From Haplodiscus bocki (Eukaryota): DNA of 64,000 nt. Where the stretch lies: contig OZ296649.1 in the NCBI GenBank assembly GCA_965655095.1, positions 93,434,001 through 93,498,000 of the forward strand, read 5' to 3'. Below the pieces are notes generated by a model. That model was not told the DNA's origin. It saw only the letters and a list, made by a program, of their open reading frames with translations, and searched no databases. Made by a program: the position numbers and the translations under genes. Positions 1 through 14,600 of this stretch are shown piece by piece (position 1 is the first letter of the stretch; every line of letters starts with the position of its first letter).

Positions 1-3000
1 AGTAAAGCCGGAAAAACCCGAGTCATTACATTCTGCTGTCCTTAGTTGCTAATGAATTGCTGCGGTTATCCTTTGGGCCCCGTTGTCACATTAAGATACA
101 GATCTTCATGAAAGATTATGTAATAGGAAAGAAGTTTAACTCAATGAGACCTTCTGTTTTTGCTGAGACAACTTAGTATTGTACTAATGTTTATTCTGCT
201 AATACGAAAAGGTTAAAGTTTATTAAAAGACGAGTTCAGAGGAAAGATTGAAGGAAATGGAAAAAGGAATCAATAATTCAGACCATAAACCATGTTTGAA
301 TTTGAGGAGAGAACAAATATGCTTCTCGACCAAATTGGTGTTTCCAGCCGTCACAACATCGATGTCCAATGTATCACCGTGATGATAGTGTCTGTGTTAT
401 CTTCTGTCTTCTGGTAAACATAGGCTTTCAATTTTCCCGAAGGTTTTGCGCAAATTCGTGGTCCATCTAGAAATAAATTACAGTGTTCCTCTCCGGACAA
501 AAAAAGATATTGAATTTTTAGAAAACAACACTCGTACAGTTCTGTGTTCAAATTGCGCTCCCAACTTATTGGAGAATTCAGCGGCATTCCCACGCTGATA
601 CGAGAGTGCTGTTGACTCCTCTGGAAAGAAGTGTTACGTCAATCTACGAAGATTGATTCCGTGAGCTGTATGAGATTAAATCATACAGAAGACGAGTGTC
701 CCTTTTTGGATGCCGAAGAAAAGCTTCAAACTCTTATTGATTGCATATTATAACGTTAGGTCACATCTTCAATGCTCTCAAAAAAAGCAGACGGCATATT
801 ACAAAATTGACCTTCCTGACTCAACACCGATGTCAACTTCAGAACTGAGCCGTTTGATAAGAATGAAATACAATCAAACCGAGGTCTCTGATTAAATTTG
901 TTACCTTCCGTTGAAGGGTGCAGATGATCCTCATCGTAGTAGTACCTGCTTCATGTTTCATGAAGTTTAGAGGGTTTTTCTGAACAAACAAACTAAAGAG
1001 AGCGATATAACTTTGACGCTGGTGTGGTTGAAAAAAGCCCATAATTACAATCAATTGACGTTGGCCCGTTGTGGCTTGAGTTAAGAGAAAAGTTTGTCTC
1101 GAGACTTATTGGTCAAGAACCGTGGTATTCTTCAACCAGGGACTGAAAAACGTTCGCGAACGACCACTTGAAAAAAATCTAGAACGAAATTCGTTCCGCA
1201 CGAACAACAATTGAACTTCATCCGACAACAAATGAAACAAGTTTCCCTGGAAGAAGTGAATGCGCAATCGGAATTATTACAGACGAAAGATTCGGAAAAT
1301 GAAGCCAGGAAAGTAGAAGAGCTGTAGTACCTTCAGATCTTATATTCTTTACCACTTCAGCAACTCCACGGAAGCGGCTGACTTCCCGATAATGCACGAA
1401 GTGAACGGAGGTGATAAAGATCAGTGTGAAATGCTTTGACTAAAGCGACATATAGTTTGAGTGGCCGGAAGCTGTCGATTAGGGACTTGAGGGAATTCGT
1501 GGATGCGCTTCTTGACAAAAGCAAAATTGCCGAAAACACCGTAAAGTCAGTATTCTTTGCATGGTGTATTTCTTCGAGACTACTATGGGAAGATGATAGC
1601 CAAAAGTTGCCAAGAGAGGCCACAAAAATAGTCAACCCTAGAATCTCGAAAAACAACAAAATTCCAACATCGTTGTAGTTAACAAGAAAATCTTCATATC
1701 AAACCTATTTTACTGTACCAAACCATTGAAACGTTTTTTGGGTTTGTTTTCAATTCAATACCCTAAAACTTACATTTTTACTGAAACTTGGACAGCTCGC
1801 TCTAGCCCACTGATGAAAGGCAAAGGACAAACTTTTTATGCGACAACGCCTTTCGCAATGTCTCGTATTCGCTTATTCTCCTGTATGTGTCATAGGGTTA
1901 AAACTTTCTTGAGTTGGTCACTAGCGGCAACGCTGAATTGGTTCCATGGTAGCTCCCCATCTTTAATTGTGGAGAATTATGTGGGTCGGCATCTACACAT
2001 TCTCTTTTCAACTCCATCTCTTGAGACAATTTCTTCTATTGTGTGTCAGGCTTTTCAAAAAACTCTTTGCTAAAAGTTGATAAAAGTCAAAAAGACTGGC
2101 AAAAAAAGTATCAGTGTTTTTTTAGCGAAGTTGGAGAAAAAAGCTAAAATTGAAGACACATGATGTCGTTTCAGGTTCGAACATGTTGCTGCCCAACGTT
2201 CCAAAAAGTTTCAAAATAAACAAAGCATAAATGAACATCGTGAGAAGAGGCTGTTTTTGACCGTTCACGCTAGATTATTGATTGATACATCAAGTCTTAG
2301 ACAGAAAAGAGAAACTAAGCATGAGCCGGCTTAAAACTAACATTCTTCCATTCAGTCAGAATGTGTAAAAGTGTCCCGGTGTTTACATTTGTATAGGTTT
2401 TTGACCAAAAAACAAAACGTTTTTGAACTTCAAAGTTCTGACCGCTACAACGATGGTCCATATGGTGCCCCTCAAATTCGTATGTAACTGTGATGCCCTT
2501 TCAAAAATCAAGAAATCGCTCGAAAAAGCATCAAAAAACAACCTGGTGACACAATTAAGTACAGTAATCGAAAGTACTCCTTCATCTTGGGCGACAATAG
2601 TTCAAAACAAGTGTCAGGAAAGGTAATCAAGTTGTGTTGTGAATTGATGACGAGGCACAGCAATGGACTAGTAGCGGTCACAAAACAGGTGGTAGACGAC
2701 AAAATTTAATACGAACTGGAATTGGCCAACGCCACGTTTCGCCCATCCGGAAAATTTTTGAAGGCATCAGAAAGCTTTCGAATAAAATACAAGAAGTAAG
2801 TAGAACTAGGCCATAGGATCACATGGATCGTCGAATACTCAGGCAAAAATTTTCTCAAATGATAAAAATCGCCAGTCAATCGTAAAACTCTTGACAAATA
2901 GAAAGCTTCCTCCGACGTCAACGTTATCATTAAAGCCGGAAAAACCCGAGTCATTACATTCTGCTGTCCTTAGTTGCTAATGAATTGCTGCGGTTATCCT

Positions 3001-6000
3001 TTGGGCCCCGTTGTCACATTAAGATACAGATCTTCATGAAAGATTATGTAATAGGAAAGAAGTTTAACTCAATGAGACCTTCTGTTTTTGCTGAGACAAC
3101 TTAGTATTGTACTAATGTTTAATCTGCTAATACGAAAATGTTAAAGTTTATTAAAAGACGAGTTCAGAGGAAAGAATGAAGGAAATGGAAAAAGGAATCA
3201 ATAAATCTGACCATAAACCATGTTTGAATTTGAGGAGAGAACAAATATGCTTCTCGACCAAATTGGTGTTTCCAGCCGTCACAACATCGATGTCCAATGT
3301 ATCACCGTGATGATAGTGTCTGCGTTATCTTCTGTCTTCTGGTAAACAAAGGCTTTCAAGTTTCCCGAAGGTTTTGCTCAAATTCGTGGTCCATCTAGAA
3401 ATAAATTACAGTGTTCCTCTCCGGAAAAAAGATATTGATTTTTTAGAAAACAACACTCGTACAGTTCTGTGTTCAAATTGCGCTCCCAACTTATTGGAGA
3501 ATTCAGCGGCTTTCCCATGCTGATACGAGAGTGCTGTTGACTCCTCTGGAAGGGAGTGTTACGTCAATCTACGAAGATTGATTCCGTGAGCTGTATGAGA
3601 TTAAATCATACAGAAGACGAGTGACCCTTCTTGGATGCCGAAGAAAAGCTTCAGACTCTTAATGATTGCATAATAGGTCGTTAGGTCACATCTTCAATGA
3701 TCTCAAAAAAAGCAGACGGCATATTACAAAATTGACCTTCCTGCCTCAACACCGATGTCAACTTCAGAACTGAGCCGTTTGATAAGAATGAAATTCAATC
3801 AAACCGAGGTCTCTGATGAAATTTGTTACCTTCCGTTGAAGGGTGCAGATGATCCTCATCGTAGTAGTACCTGCTTCATGTTTCATGAAGTTTAGAGGGT
3901 TTTTCTGAACAAACAAACTAAAGAGAGCGATATAACTTTGACGCTGGTGTGGTTGAAAAAAGCCCATAATTACAATCAATTGACGTTGGCCCGTTGTGGC
4001 TTGAGTTAAGAGAAAAGTTTGTCTCGAGACTTATTGGTCAAGAACCGTGGTATTCTTCAACCAGGGACTGAAAAACGTTCGCGAACGACCACTTGAAAAA
4101 AATCTAGAACGACATTCGTTCCGCACGAACAACAATTGAACTTCATCCGACAACAAATGAAACAAGTTTCCCTGGAAGAAGTGAATGCGCAATCGGAATT
4201 ATTACAGACGAAAGATTCGGAAAATGAAGCCAGGAAAGTAGAAGAGCTGTAGTACCTTCAGATCTTATATTCTTTACCACTTCAGCAACTCCACGGAAGC
4301 GGCTGACTTCCCGATAATGCACGAAGTGAACGGAGGTGATAAAGATCAGTGTGAAATGCTTTGACTAAAGCGACATATAGTTTGAGTGGCCGGAAGCTGT
4401 CGATTAGGGACTTGAGGGAATTCGTGGATGCGCTTCTTGACAAAAGCAAAATTGCCGAAAACACCGTAAAGTCAGTATTCTTTGCATGGTGTATTTCTTC
4501 GAGACTACTATGGGAAGATGATAGCCAAAAGTTGCCAAGAGAGGCCACAAAAATAGTCAACCCTAGAATCTCGAAAAACAACAAAATTCCAACATCGTTG
4601 TAGTTAACAAGAAAATCTTCATATCAAACCTATTTTACTGTACCAAACCATTGAAACGTTTTTTGGGTTTGTTTTCAATTCAATACCCTAAAACTTACAT
4701 TTTTACTGAAACTTGGACAGCTCGCTCTAGCCCACTGATGAAAGGCAAAGGACAAACTTTTTATGCGACAACGCCTTTCGCAATGTCTCGTATTCGCTTA
4801 TTCTCCTGTATGTGTCATAGGGTTAAAACTTTCTTGAGTTGGTCACTAGCGGCAACGCTGAATTGGTTCCATGGTAGCTCCCCATCTTTAATTGTGGAGA
4901 ATTATGTGGGTCGGCATCTACACATTCTCTTTTCAACTCCATCTCTTGAGACAATTTCTTCTATTGTGTGTCAGGCTTTTCAAAAAACTCTTTGCTAAAA
5001 GTTGATAAAAGTCAAAAAGACTGGCAAAAAAAGTATCAGTGTTTTTTTAGCGAAGTTGGAGAAAAAAGCTAAAATTGAAGACACATGATGTCGTTTCAGG
5101 TTCGAACATGTTGCTGCCCAACGTTCCAAAAAGTTTCAAAATAAACAAAGCATAAATGAACATCGTGAGAAGAGGCTGTTTTTGACCGTTCACGCTAGAT
5201 TATTGATTGATACATCAAGTCTTAGACAGAAAAGAGAAACTAAGCATGAGCCGGCTTAAAACTAACATTCTTCCATTCAGTCAGAATGTGTAAAAGTGTC
5301 CCGGTGTTTACATTTGTATAGGTTTTTGACCAAAAAACAAAACGTTTTTGAACTTCAAAGTTCTGACCGCTACAACGATGGTCCATATGGTGCCCCTCAA
5401 ATTCGTATGTAACTGTGATGCCCTTTCAAAAATCAAGAAATCGCTCGAAAAAGCATCAAAAAACAACCTGGTGACACAATTAAGTACAGTAATCGAAAGT
5501 ACTCCTTCATCTTGGGCGACAATAGTTCAAAACAAGTGTCAGGAAAGGTAATCAAGTTGTGTTGTGAATTGATGACGAGGCACAGCAATGGACTAGTAGC
5601 GGTCACAAAACAGGTGGTAGACGACAAAATTTAATACGAACTGGAATTGGCCAACGCCACGTTTCGCCCATCCGGAAAATTTTTGAAGGCATCAGAAAGC
5701 TTTCGAATAAAATACAAGAAGTAAGTAGAACTAGGCCATAGGATCACATGGATCGTCGAATACTCAGGCAAAAATTTTCTCAAATGATAAAAATCGCCAG
5801 TCAATCGTAAAACTCTTGACAAATAGAAAGCTTCCTCCGACGTCAACGTTATCATTAAAGCCGGAAAAACCCGAGTCATTACATTCTGCTGTCCTTAGTT
5901 GCTAATGAATTGCTGCGGTTATCCTTTGGGCCCCGTTGTCACATTAAGATACAGATCTTCATGAAAGATTATGTAATAGGAAAGAAGTTTAACTCAATGA

Positions 6001-9000
6001 GACCTTCTGTTTTTGCTGAGACAACTTAGTATTGTACTAATGTTTAATCTGCTAATACGAAAATGTTAAAGTTTATTAAAAGACGAGTTCAGAGGAAAGA
6101 ATGAAGGAAATGGAAAAAGGAATCAATAAATCTGACCATAAACCATGTTTGAATTTGAGGAGAGAACAAATATGCTTCTCGACCAAATTGGTGTTTCCAG
6201 CCGTCACAACATCGATGTCCAATGTATCACCGTGATGATAGTGTCTGCGTTATCTTCTGTCTTCTGGTAAACAAAGGCTTTCAAGTTTCCCGAAGGTTTT
6301 GCTCAAATTCGTGGTCCATCTAGAAATAAATTACAGTGTTCCTCTCCGGAAAAAAGATATTGATTTTTTAGAAAACAACACTCGTACAGTTCTGTGTTCA
6401 AATTGCGCTCCCAACTTATTGGAGAATTCAGCGGCTTTCCCATGCTGATACGAGAGTGCTGTTGACTCCTCTGGAAGGGAGTGTTACGTCAATCTACGAA
6501 GATTGATTCCGTGAGCTGTATGAGATTAAATCATACAGAAGACGAGTGACCCTTCTTGGATGCCGAAGAAAAGCTTCAGACTCTTAATGATTGCATAATA
6601 GGTCGTTAGGTCACATCTTCAATGATCTCAAAAAAAGCAGACGGCATATTACAAAATTGACCTTCCTGCCTCAACACCGATGTCAACTTCAGAACTGAGC
6701 CGTTTGATAAGAATGAAATTCAATCAAACCGAGGTCTCTGATGAAATTTGTTACCTTCCGTTGAAGGGTGCAGATGATCCTCATCGTAGTAGTACCTGCT
6801 TCATGTTTCATGAAGTTTAGAGGGTTTTTCTGAACAAACAAACTAAAGAGAGCGATATAACTTTGACGCTGGTGTGGTTGAAAAATGCCCATAACTACAA
6901 TTTTTGACGTTGGCCCGTTGTGGCTTAAGTTAAGAGAAAAGTTTGTCTCGAGACTGTTATTGGTCAAGAACCGTGGTATTCTTCAACCGGGGACTGAAAA
7001 ACGTTCGCGAACGACCAATCGAAAAAAATCTAGAACAAAATTCGTTCCGCACGAACAACAATTGAACTTCATCCGACAACACATGAAACAAGTTTCCCTG
7101 GAAGAAGTGAATGCGCGATCGGAATTATTACAGAAGAAAGAATTGGAAATTAAAGCCAGAAAAGTAGAAGAGCTGTAATACCTTCGGTTCTTATATTCTT
7201 TACCACTTCAGCAACTCCACGGAAGCGGCTGACTTCCCGACAATGCACGAAGTGAACGGAGGTGATAAAGATCAGTGTGAAATGCTTTGACTAAAGCGAC
7301 ATATATTTTGAGTGGCCGGAAGCTGTCGATTAGGGACTTGAGGGAATGCGTGGACGCGCTTCTTGACAAAGGCAAAAATGCCGAAAACACCGTAAAGTCA
7401 GTATTCTTTGCATGGTGTAATTCTTCGAGACTACTATGGGAAGATGATACCCAAAAGTTGCCAAGAGAGGCCACAAAAATAGTCAACCCTAGAATCTCGA
7501 AAAACAACAAAGTTCCAACATCGTTGTAGTTAACAAGAAAATCTTCATATCAAACCTATTTTACTGTACCAAACCATTAAAACCTTTTTTGAGTTTGTTT
7601 TCAATTCAATACCCTAAAACTTACATTTTTACTAAAACTCGGACAGCTCGCTCTAGCCCACTGATGAAAGGCAAAGGACAAATTTTCTATGCGACAATGC
7701 CTTTCGCAATGTCTCGTATTCGCTTATTCTCCTATATGTGTCATAGGGTTAAGACTTTATTGAGTTGGTCACTAGCGGCAACGCTGAATTGGTTCCATGG
7801 TAGCTCCCCATCTTTAATTGTGAAGAATTATGTGGGTCGGCATCTACACATTCTCTTGAGACAATTTCTTCTATTGTGTGTCAGGCTTATCAAAAAAACT
7901 CTTTGCTAAAAGTTGATAAAAGTCAAAAAGACTGGCAAAAATAAGTATCAGTGTTTTTTTAGCGAAGTTGGAAAAAAGCTAAAATTGAAGACACATGATG
8001 TCGTTTCAGGTTCGAACATGTTGCTGCCCAACGTTCCAAAAAGTTTCAAAATAAACAAAGCATAAATGAACATCGTGAGAAGAGGCTGTTTTTGACCGTT
8101 CACACTAGATTATTGATCGATACATCAAGTGTTAGACAGAATAGAGAAACTAAGCATGAGCCGGTTTAAAACTAACATTCTTCCATTCAGTCAGAATGTG
8201 TGAAAGTGTCCCGGTGATTACAATTGTATAGGTTTTTGACCGAAAAACAAAACGTTTTTCAACTTCAAAGTTCTGACCGCTACAACGATGGTCCATATGG
8301 TGCCCCTCAAATTCGTATGTAACTGTGATGCCCTTTCAAAAATCAAGATATCGCTCGAAAAAGCATCAAAAAACAACCTGGTAACACAATTAAGTACAGT
8401 CATCGAAAGTACTCCTTCATCTTGGGCGACAATGGTTCAAAACAAGTGTCAGGAAAGGTAATCAAGTTGTGTTGTGAATTGATGACGAGGCACAGCAATG
8501 GACTAGTAGCGGTCACAAAACAGGTGGTAGACGACAAAATTTAATACGAACTGGAATTGGCCAACGCCACGTTTCGCCCATCCTGAAAATTTTTGAAGGC
8601 ATCAGAAAGCTTTCGAATAACATACAAGAGGTACGTAGAACTAGGCCATAGGATCACATAGATCGTCGAAAACTCAGGCAAAAAAATTCTCAAATGATGA
8701 AAAATCGCCAGTCAATCGTAAAACTCTTGACAAATAAAAAGCTTCCTCCGACGTCAACGTTATCAGTAAAGCCGGAAAAACCCGAGTCATTACACTCTGC
8801 TGTACTTAGTTGCTATTGAATTGCTGCAGTTATGCTTTGGGCCCCGTTGTCACATTAAGATACAGATCTTCATGAAAGATTATGTAATAGGAAAGAAGTT
8901 TAACTCAATGCGACCGTCTGTTTTAGCTGAAACAACTCAGTATTGTACTAATGTTTATTCTGCTAATACGAAAATGTTAAAGTTTAAAAAAAGACGAGTT

Positions 9001-9849
9001 CAGAGGAAAGAATGAAGGAAATGGAAAAAAGACTCAATAATTCTGACCATAAACCATGTTTGAACTTGAGGAGAGAACAAATATGCTTCTCGACCAAGTT
9101 GGTGTTTCCAGCCGTCACAACATCGATGTCCAATGTATCACCGTGATGATAGTGTCTGCGTTATTTTCTGTCTTCTGGTAAACATAGGCTTTCAATTTTC
9201 CCGAAGGTTTCGCGCAAATTCGTGGTCCATCTAGAAATAAATTACAGTGTTCCTCTCCGGACAAAAATATTGAATTTTTAGAAAACAACACGCGTACAGT
9301 TCTGTGTTCAAATTGCGCTCCCAATTTATTGGAGAAGTCAGCGGCATTCCCATGCTGATACGAGAGTGCTGTTGACTCCTCTGGAAGGGAGTGTTACGTC
9401 AATCTACGAAGATTGATTCCGTGAGCTGTATGAGATTAAATCAAACAGAAGACGAGTGTCCCTTCTTGGATGCCGAAGAAAAGCTTCAGACTCTTAATGA
9501 TTGCATAATAGGTCGTTAGGTCACATCTTCAATGATCTCAAAAAAGCAGACGGCATATTACAAAATTGACCTTCCTGACTCAACACCGATGTCAACTTCA
9601 GAACTGAGCCGTTTGATAAGAATGAAATACAATCAAACCGAGGTCTCTGATTAAATTTGTTACCTTCCGTTGAAGGGTGCAGATGATCCTCATCGTAGTA
9701 GTACCTGCTTCATGTTTCATGAAGTTTAGAGGGTTTTTCTGAACAAACAAACTAAAAGCGATATAACTTTGACGCTGGTGTGGTTGAAAAAAGCCCATAA
9801 TTACAATCAATTGACGTTGGCCCGTTGTGGCTTAAGTTAAGAGAAAAGT

Positions 9850-10083
9850 TTGTCTCGAGACTTATTGGTCAAGAACCGTGGTATTCTTCAACCAGGGACT
9901 GAAAAACGTTCGCGAACGACCATTCGAAAAAAATCTAGAACAAAATTCGTTCCGCACGAACAACAATTGAACTTCATCCGACAACACATGAAACAAGTTT
10001 CCCTGGAAGAAGTGAATGCGCGATCGGAAATATTACAGAAGAAGGATTTGAAATTTAAAGCCAGGAAAGTAGAAGGGCTGTAA
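9850..10083 (+). pseudogene. Degenerate coding segment with a charged, possibly coiled-coil stretch (representative copy)
   Basis: It reads EQQLNFIRQHMKQVSLEEVNARSEILQKKDL. By homology it continues the 23716-24543 frame. The right-domain version encodes a homologous peptide (EQLNFIRKQMKQEVSLKGVNAKLESLQKK) with synonymous differences. Confidence 0.6.
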
Positions 10084-11257
10084 TACCTTCGGTTCTTATA
10101 TTCTTTACCACTTCAGCAACTCCACGGAAGCGGCTGACTTCCCGATAATGCACGAAGTGAACGGAGGTGATAAAGATCAGTGTGCAATGCTTTGACTAAA
10201 GCGACATATAGTTTGAGTGGCCGGAAGCTGTCGATTAGGGACTTGAGGGAAATTGTGGACGCGCTTCTTGACAAAGGCAAAAATGCCGAAAACACCGTAA
10301 AGTCAGTATTCTTTGCATGGTGTAATTCTTCGAGACTACTATGGGAAGATGATACCCAAAAGTTGCCAAGAGAGGCCACAAAAATAGTCAACCCTAGAAT
10401 CTCGAAAAACAACAAAGTTCCAACATCGTTGTAGTTAACAAGAAAATCTTCATATCAAACCTATTTTACTGTACCAAACCATTAAAACCTTTTTTGAGTT
10501 TGTTTTCAATTCAATACCCTAAAACTTACATTTTTACTGAAACTCGGACAGCTCGCTCTAGCCCACTGACGAAAGGCAAAGGACAAATTTTCTATGCGAC
10601 AATGCCTTTCGCAATGTCTCGTATTCGCTTATTCTCCTATATGTGTCATAGGGTTAAGACTTTATTGAGTTGGTCACTAGCGGCAACGCTGAATTGGTTC
10701 CATGGTAGCTCCCCATCTTTAATTGTGAAGAATTATGTGGGTCGGCATCTACACATTCTCTTGAGACAATTTCTTCTATTCTGTGTCAGGCTTATCAAAA
10801 AAACCCTTTGCTAAAAGTTGATAAAAGTCAAAAAGACTGGCAAAAATAAGTATCAGTGTTTTTTTAACGAAGTTGGAGCAAAAAAGCTAAAATTGGAGAC
10901 ACATGATGTCGTTTCAGGTTCGAAGATGTTGCTGCCCAATGTTCCAAAAAGTTTCAAAATAAACAAAGCATAAATGAACATCGTGAGAAGAGGCTGTTTT
11001 TGACCGTTCACGCTAGATTATTGATTGATACAACAAGTCTTAGACAGAAAAGAGAAACTAAGCATGAGCCGGCTTAAAACTAACATTCTTCCATTCAGTC
11101 AGAATGTGTAAAAGTGTCCCGGTGTTTACATTTGTATAGGTTTTTGACCAAAAAACAAAACGTTTTTGAACTTCAAAGTTCTGACCGCTACAACGATGGT
11201 CCATATGGTGCCCCTCAAATTCGTATGTAACTGTGATGCCCTTTCAAAAATCAAGAA

Positions 11258-11600
11258 ATGGCTCGAAAAAGCATCAAAAAACAACCTGGTAACACAATTA
11301 AGTACAGTAATCGAAAGTACTCCTTCATCTTGGGCGACAATGGTTCAAAACAAGTGTCAGGAAAGGTAATCAAGTTGTGTTGTGAATTGATGACGAGGCA
11401 CAGCAATGGACTAGTAGCGGTCACAAAACAGGTGGTAGACGACGAAATTTAATACGAACTGGAATTGGCCAACGCCACGTTTCGCCCATCCGGAAAATTT
11501 TTGAAGGCATCAGAAAGCTTTCGAATAAAATACAAGAAGTAAGTAGAACTAGGCCATAGGATCACATGGATCGTCGAATACTCAGGCAAAAAAATTCTCA
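11258..11600 (+). pseudogene. Degenerate coding segment (representative copy)
   Basis: Track ORF 11258..11452 continues in frame past its TAA as YELELANATFRPSGKFLKASESFRIKYKK*VELGHRITWIVEYSGK. Its start overlaps, by homology, the end of the 19033-20187 frame (GNTIKYSN). Confidence 0.55.
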
Positions 11601-14600
11601 AATGATGAAAAATCGCCAGTCAATCGTAAAACTCTTGACAAAAAAAAGCTTCCTCTGACGTCAACGTTATCAGTAAAGCCGCAAAAACCCGAGTCATTAC
11701 ACTCTGCTGTACTTAGTTGCTATTGAATTGCTGCAGTTATGCTTTGGGCCCCGTTGTCACATTAAGATACAGATCTTCATGAAAGATTATGTAATAGGAA
11801 AGAAGTTTAACACAATGCGACCGTCTGTTTTAGCTGAAACAACTCAGTATTGTACTAATGTTTATTCTGCTAATACGAAAATGTTAAAGTTTAAAAAAAG
11901 ACGAGTTCAGAGGAAAGAATGAAGGAAATGGAAAAAAGACTCAATAATTCTGACCATAAACCATGTTTGAATTTGAGGAGAGAACAAATATGCTTCTCGA
12001 CCAAGTTGGTGTTTCCAGCCGTCACAACATCGATGTCCAATGTATCACCGTGATGATAGTGTCTGCGTTATTTTCTGTCCTCTGGTAAACATAGGCTTTC
12101 AATTTTCCAGAAGGTTTCGCGCAAGTTCGTGGTCCATCTAGAAATAAATTACAGTGTTCCTCTCCGGACAAAAATATTGAATTTTTAGAAAACAACACGC
12201 GTACAGTTCTGTGTTCAAATTGCGCTCCCAACTTAGGAGAATTCAGCGGCATTCCCATGCTGATACGAGAGTGCTGTTGACTCCTCTGGAAGGGAGTGTT
12301 ACGTCAATCTACGAAGATTGATTCCGTGAGCTGTATGAGATTAAATCATACAGAAGACGAGTGTCCCTTCTTGGATGCCGAAGAAAAGCTTCAGACTCTT
12401 AATGATTGCATAATAGGTCGTTAGGTCACATCTTCAATGATCTCAAAAAAGCAGACGGCATATTACAAAATTGACCTTCCTGACTCAACACCGATGTCAA
12501 CTTCAGAACTGAGCCGTTTGATAAGAATGAAATACAATCAAACCGAGGTCTCTGATTAAATTTGTTACCTTCCGTTGAAGGGTGCAGATGATCCTCATCG
12601 TAGTAGTACCTGCTTCATGTTTCATGAAGTTTAGAGGGTTTTTCTGAACAAACAAACTAAAGAGAGCGATATAACTTTGACGCTGGTGTGGTTGAAAAAA
12701 GCCCATAATTACAATCAATTGACGTTGGCCCGTTGTGGCTTAAGTTAAGAGAAAAGTTTGTCTCGAGACTTATTGGTCAAGAACCATGGTATTCTTCAAC
12801 CAGGGACTGAAAAACGTTCCCGAACGACCATTCGAAAAAAATCTAGAACAAAATTCGTTCCGCACGAACAACAATTGAACTTCATCCGACAACACATGAA
12901 ACAAGTTTCCCTGGAAGAAGTGAATGCGCGATCTGAAATATTACAGAAGAAGGATTTGAAATTTAAAGCCAGGAAAGTAAAGAGCTGTAATACCTTCGGT
13001 TCTTATATTCTTTACCTTTTCAGCAACTCCACGGAAGCGGCTGACTTGTCGATAATGCACGAAGTGAACGGAGGTGATAAAGATCAGTGTGAAATGCTTT
13101 GACTAAAGCGACATATAGTTTGAGTGGCCGGAAGCTGTCGATTAGGGACTTGAGGGAATTCGTGGACGCGCTTCTTGACAAAGGCAAAAATGCCGAAAAC
13201 ACCGTAAAGTCAGTATTCTTTGCATGGTGTAATTCTTCGAGACTACTATGGGAAGATGATACCCAAAAGTTGCCAAGAGAGGCCACAAAAATAGTCAACC
13301 CTAGAATCTCGAAAAACAACAAAGTTCCAACATCGTTGTAGTTAACAAGAAAATCTTCATATCAAACCTATTTTACTGTACCAAACCATTAAAACCTTTT
13401 TTGAGTTTGTTTTCAATTCAATACCCTAAAACTTACATTTTTACTGAAACTCGGACAGCTCGCTCTAGCCCACTGATGAAAGGCAAAGGACAAATTTTCT
13501 ATGCCACAATGCCTTTCGCAATGTCTCGTATTCGCTTATTCTCCTATATGTGTCATAGGGTTAAGACTTTATTGAGTTGGTCACTAGCGGCAACGCTGAA
13601 TTGGTTCCATGGTAGCTCCCCATCTTTAATTGTGAAGAATTATGTGGGTCGGCATCTACACATTCTCTTGAGACAATTTCTTCTATTGTGTGTCAGGCTT
13701 ATCAAAAAAACCCTTTGCTAAAAGTTGATAAAAGTCAAAAAGACTGGCAAAAATAAGTATCAGTGTTTTTTTAACGAAGTTGGAGCAAAAAAGCTAAAAT
13801 TGGAGACACATGATGTCGTTTCAGGTTCGAAGATGTTGCTGCCCAATGTTCCAAAAAGTTTCAAAATAAACAAAGCATAAATGAACATCGTGAGAAGAGG
13901 CTGTTTTTGACCGTTCACGCTAGATTATTGATTGATACATCAAGTCTTAGACAGAAAAGAGAAACTAAGCATGAGCCGGCTTAAAACTAACATTCTTCCA
14001 TTCAGTCAGAATGTGTAAAAGTGTCCCGGTGTTTACATTTGTATAGGTTTTTGACCAAAAAACAAAACGTTTTTGAACTTCAAAGTTCTGACCGCTACAA
14101 CGATGGTCCATATGGTGCCCCTCAAATTCGTATGTAACTGTGATGCCCTTTCAAAAATCAAGAAATCGCTCGAAAAAGCATCAAAAAACAACCTGGTGAC
14201 ACAATTAAGTACAGTAATCGAAAGTACTCCTTCATCTTGGGCGACAATAGTTCAAAACAAGTGTCAGGAAAGGTAATCAAGTTGTGTTGTGAATTGATGA
14301 CGAGGCACAGCAATGGACTAGTAGCGGTCACAAAACAGGTGGTAGACGACAAAATTTAATACGAACTGGAATTGGCCAACGCCACGTTTCGCCCATCCGG
14401 AAAATTTTTGAAGGCATCAGAAAGCTTTCGAATAAAATACAAGAAGTAAGTAGAACTAGGCCATAGGATCACATGGATCGTCGAATACTCAGGCAAAAAA
14501 ATTCTCAAATGATGAAAAATCGCCAGTCAATCGTAAAACTCTTGACAAATAAAAAGCTTCCTCCGACGTCAACGTTATCAGTAAAGCCGGAAAAACCCGA

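Noticed and set aside
1357-1659. Minus-strand 100-101 aa ORF (MLFFEIL...) open in all 21 copies, as a real gene
   Set aside because: It starts at TTG and has no recognisable motif. It lies antisense to the fossil + strand coding region, where open frames are common. Persistence is explained by array homogenisation.
2170-2190. CAGGTTCGAA as a tRNA T-loop / Pol III B box
   Set aside because: There is no complementary T-stem arm and no cloverleaf or A box evident.
2706-2954. Minus-strand 82 aa ORF (MTRVFPA...) as a real gene
   Set aside because: It is absent from the track in several units (~8.6, 11.5, 14.4 and 32.2 kb), has no motif, and is antisense to the + strand fossil frame.
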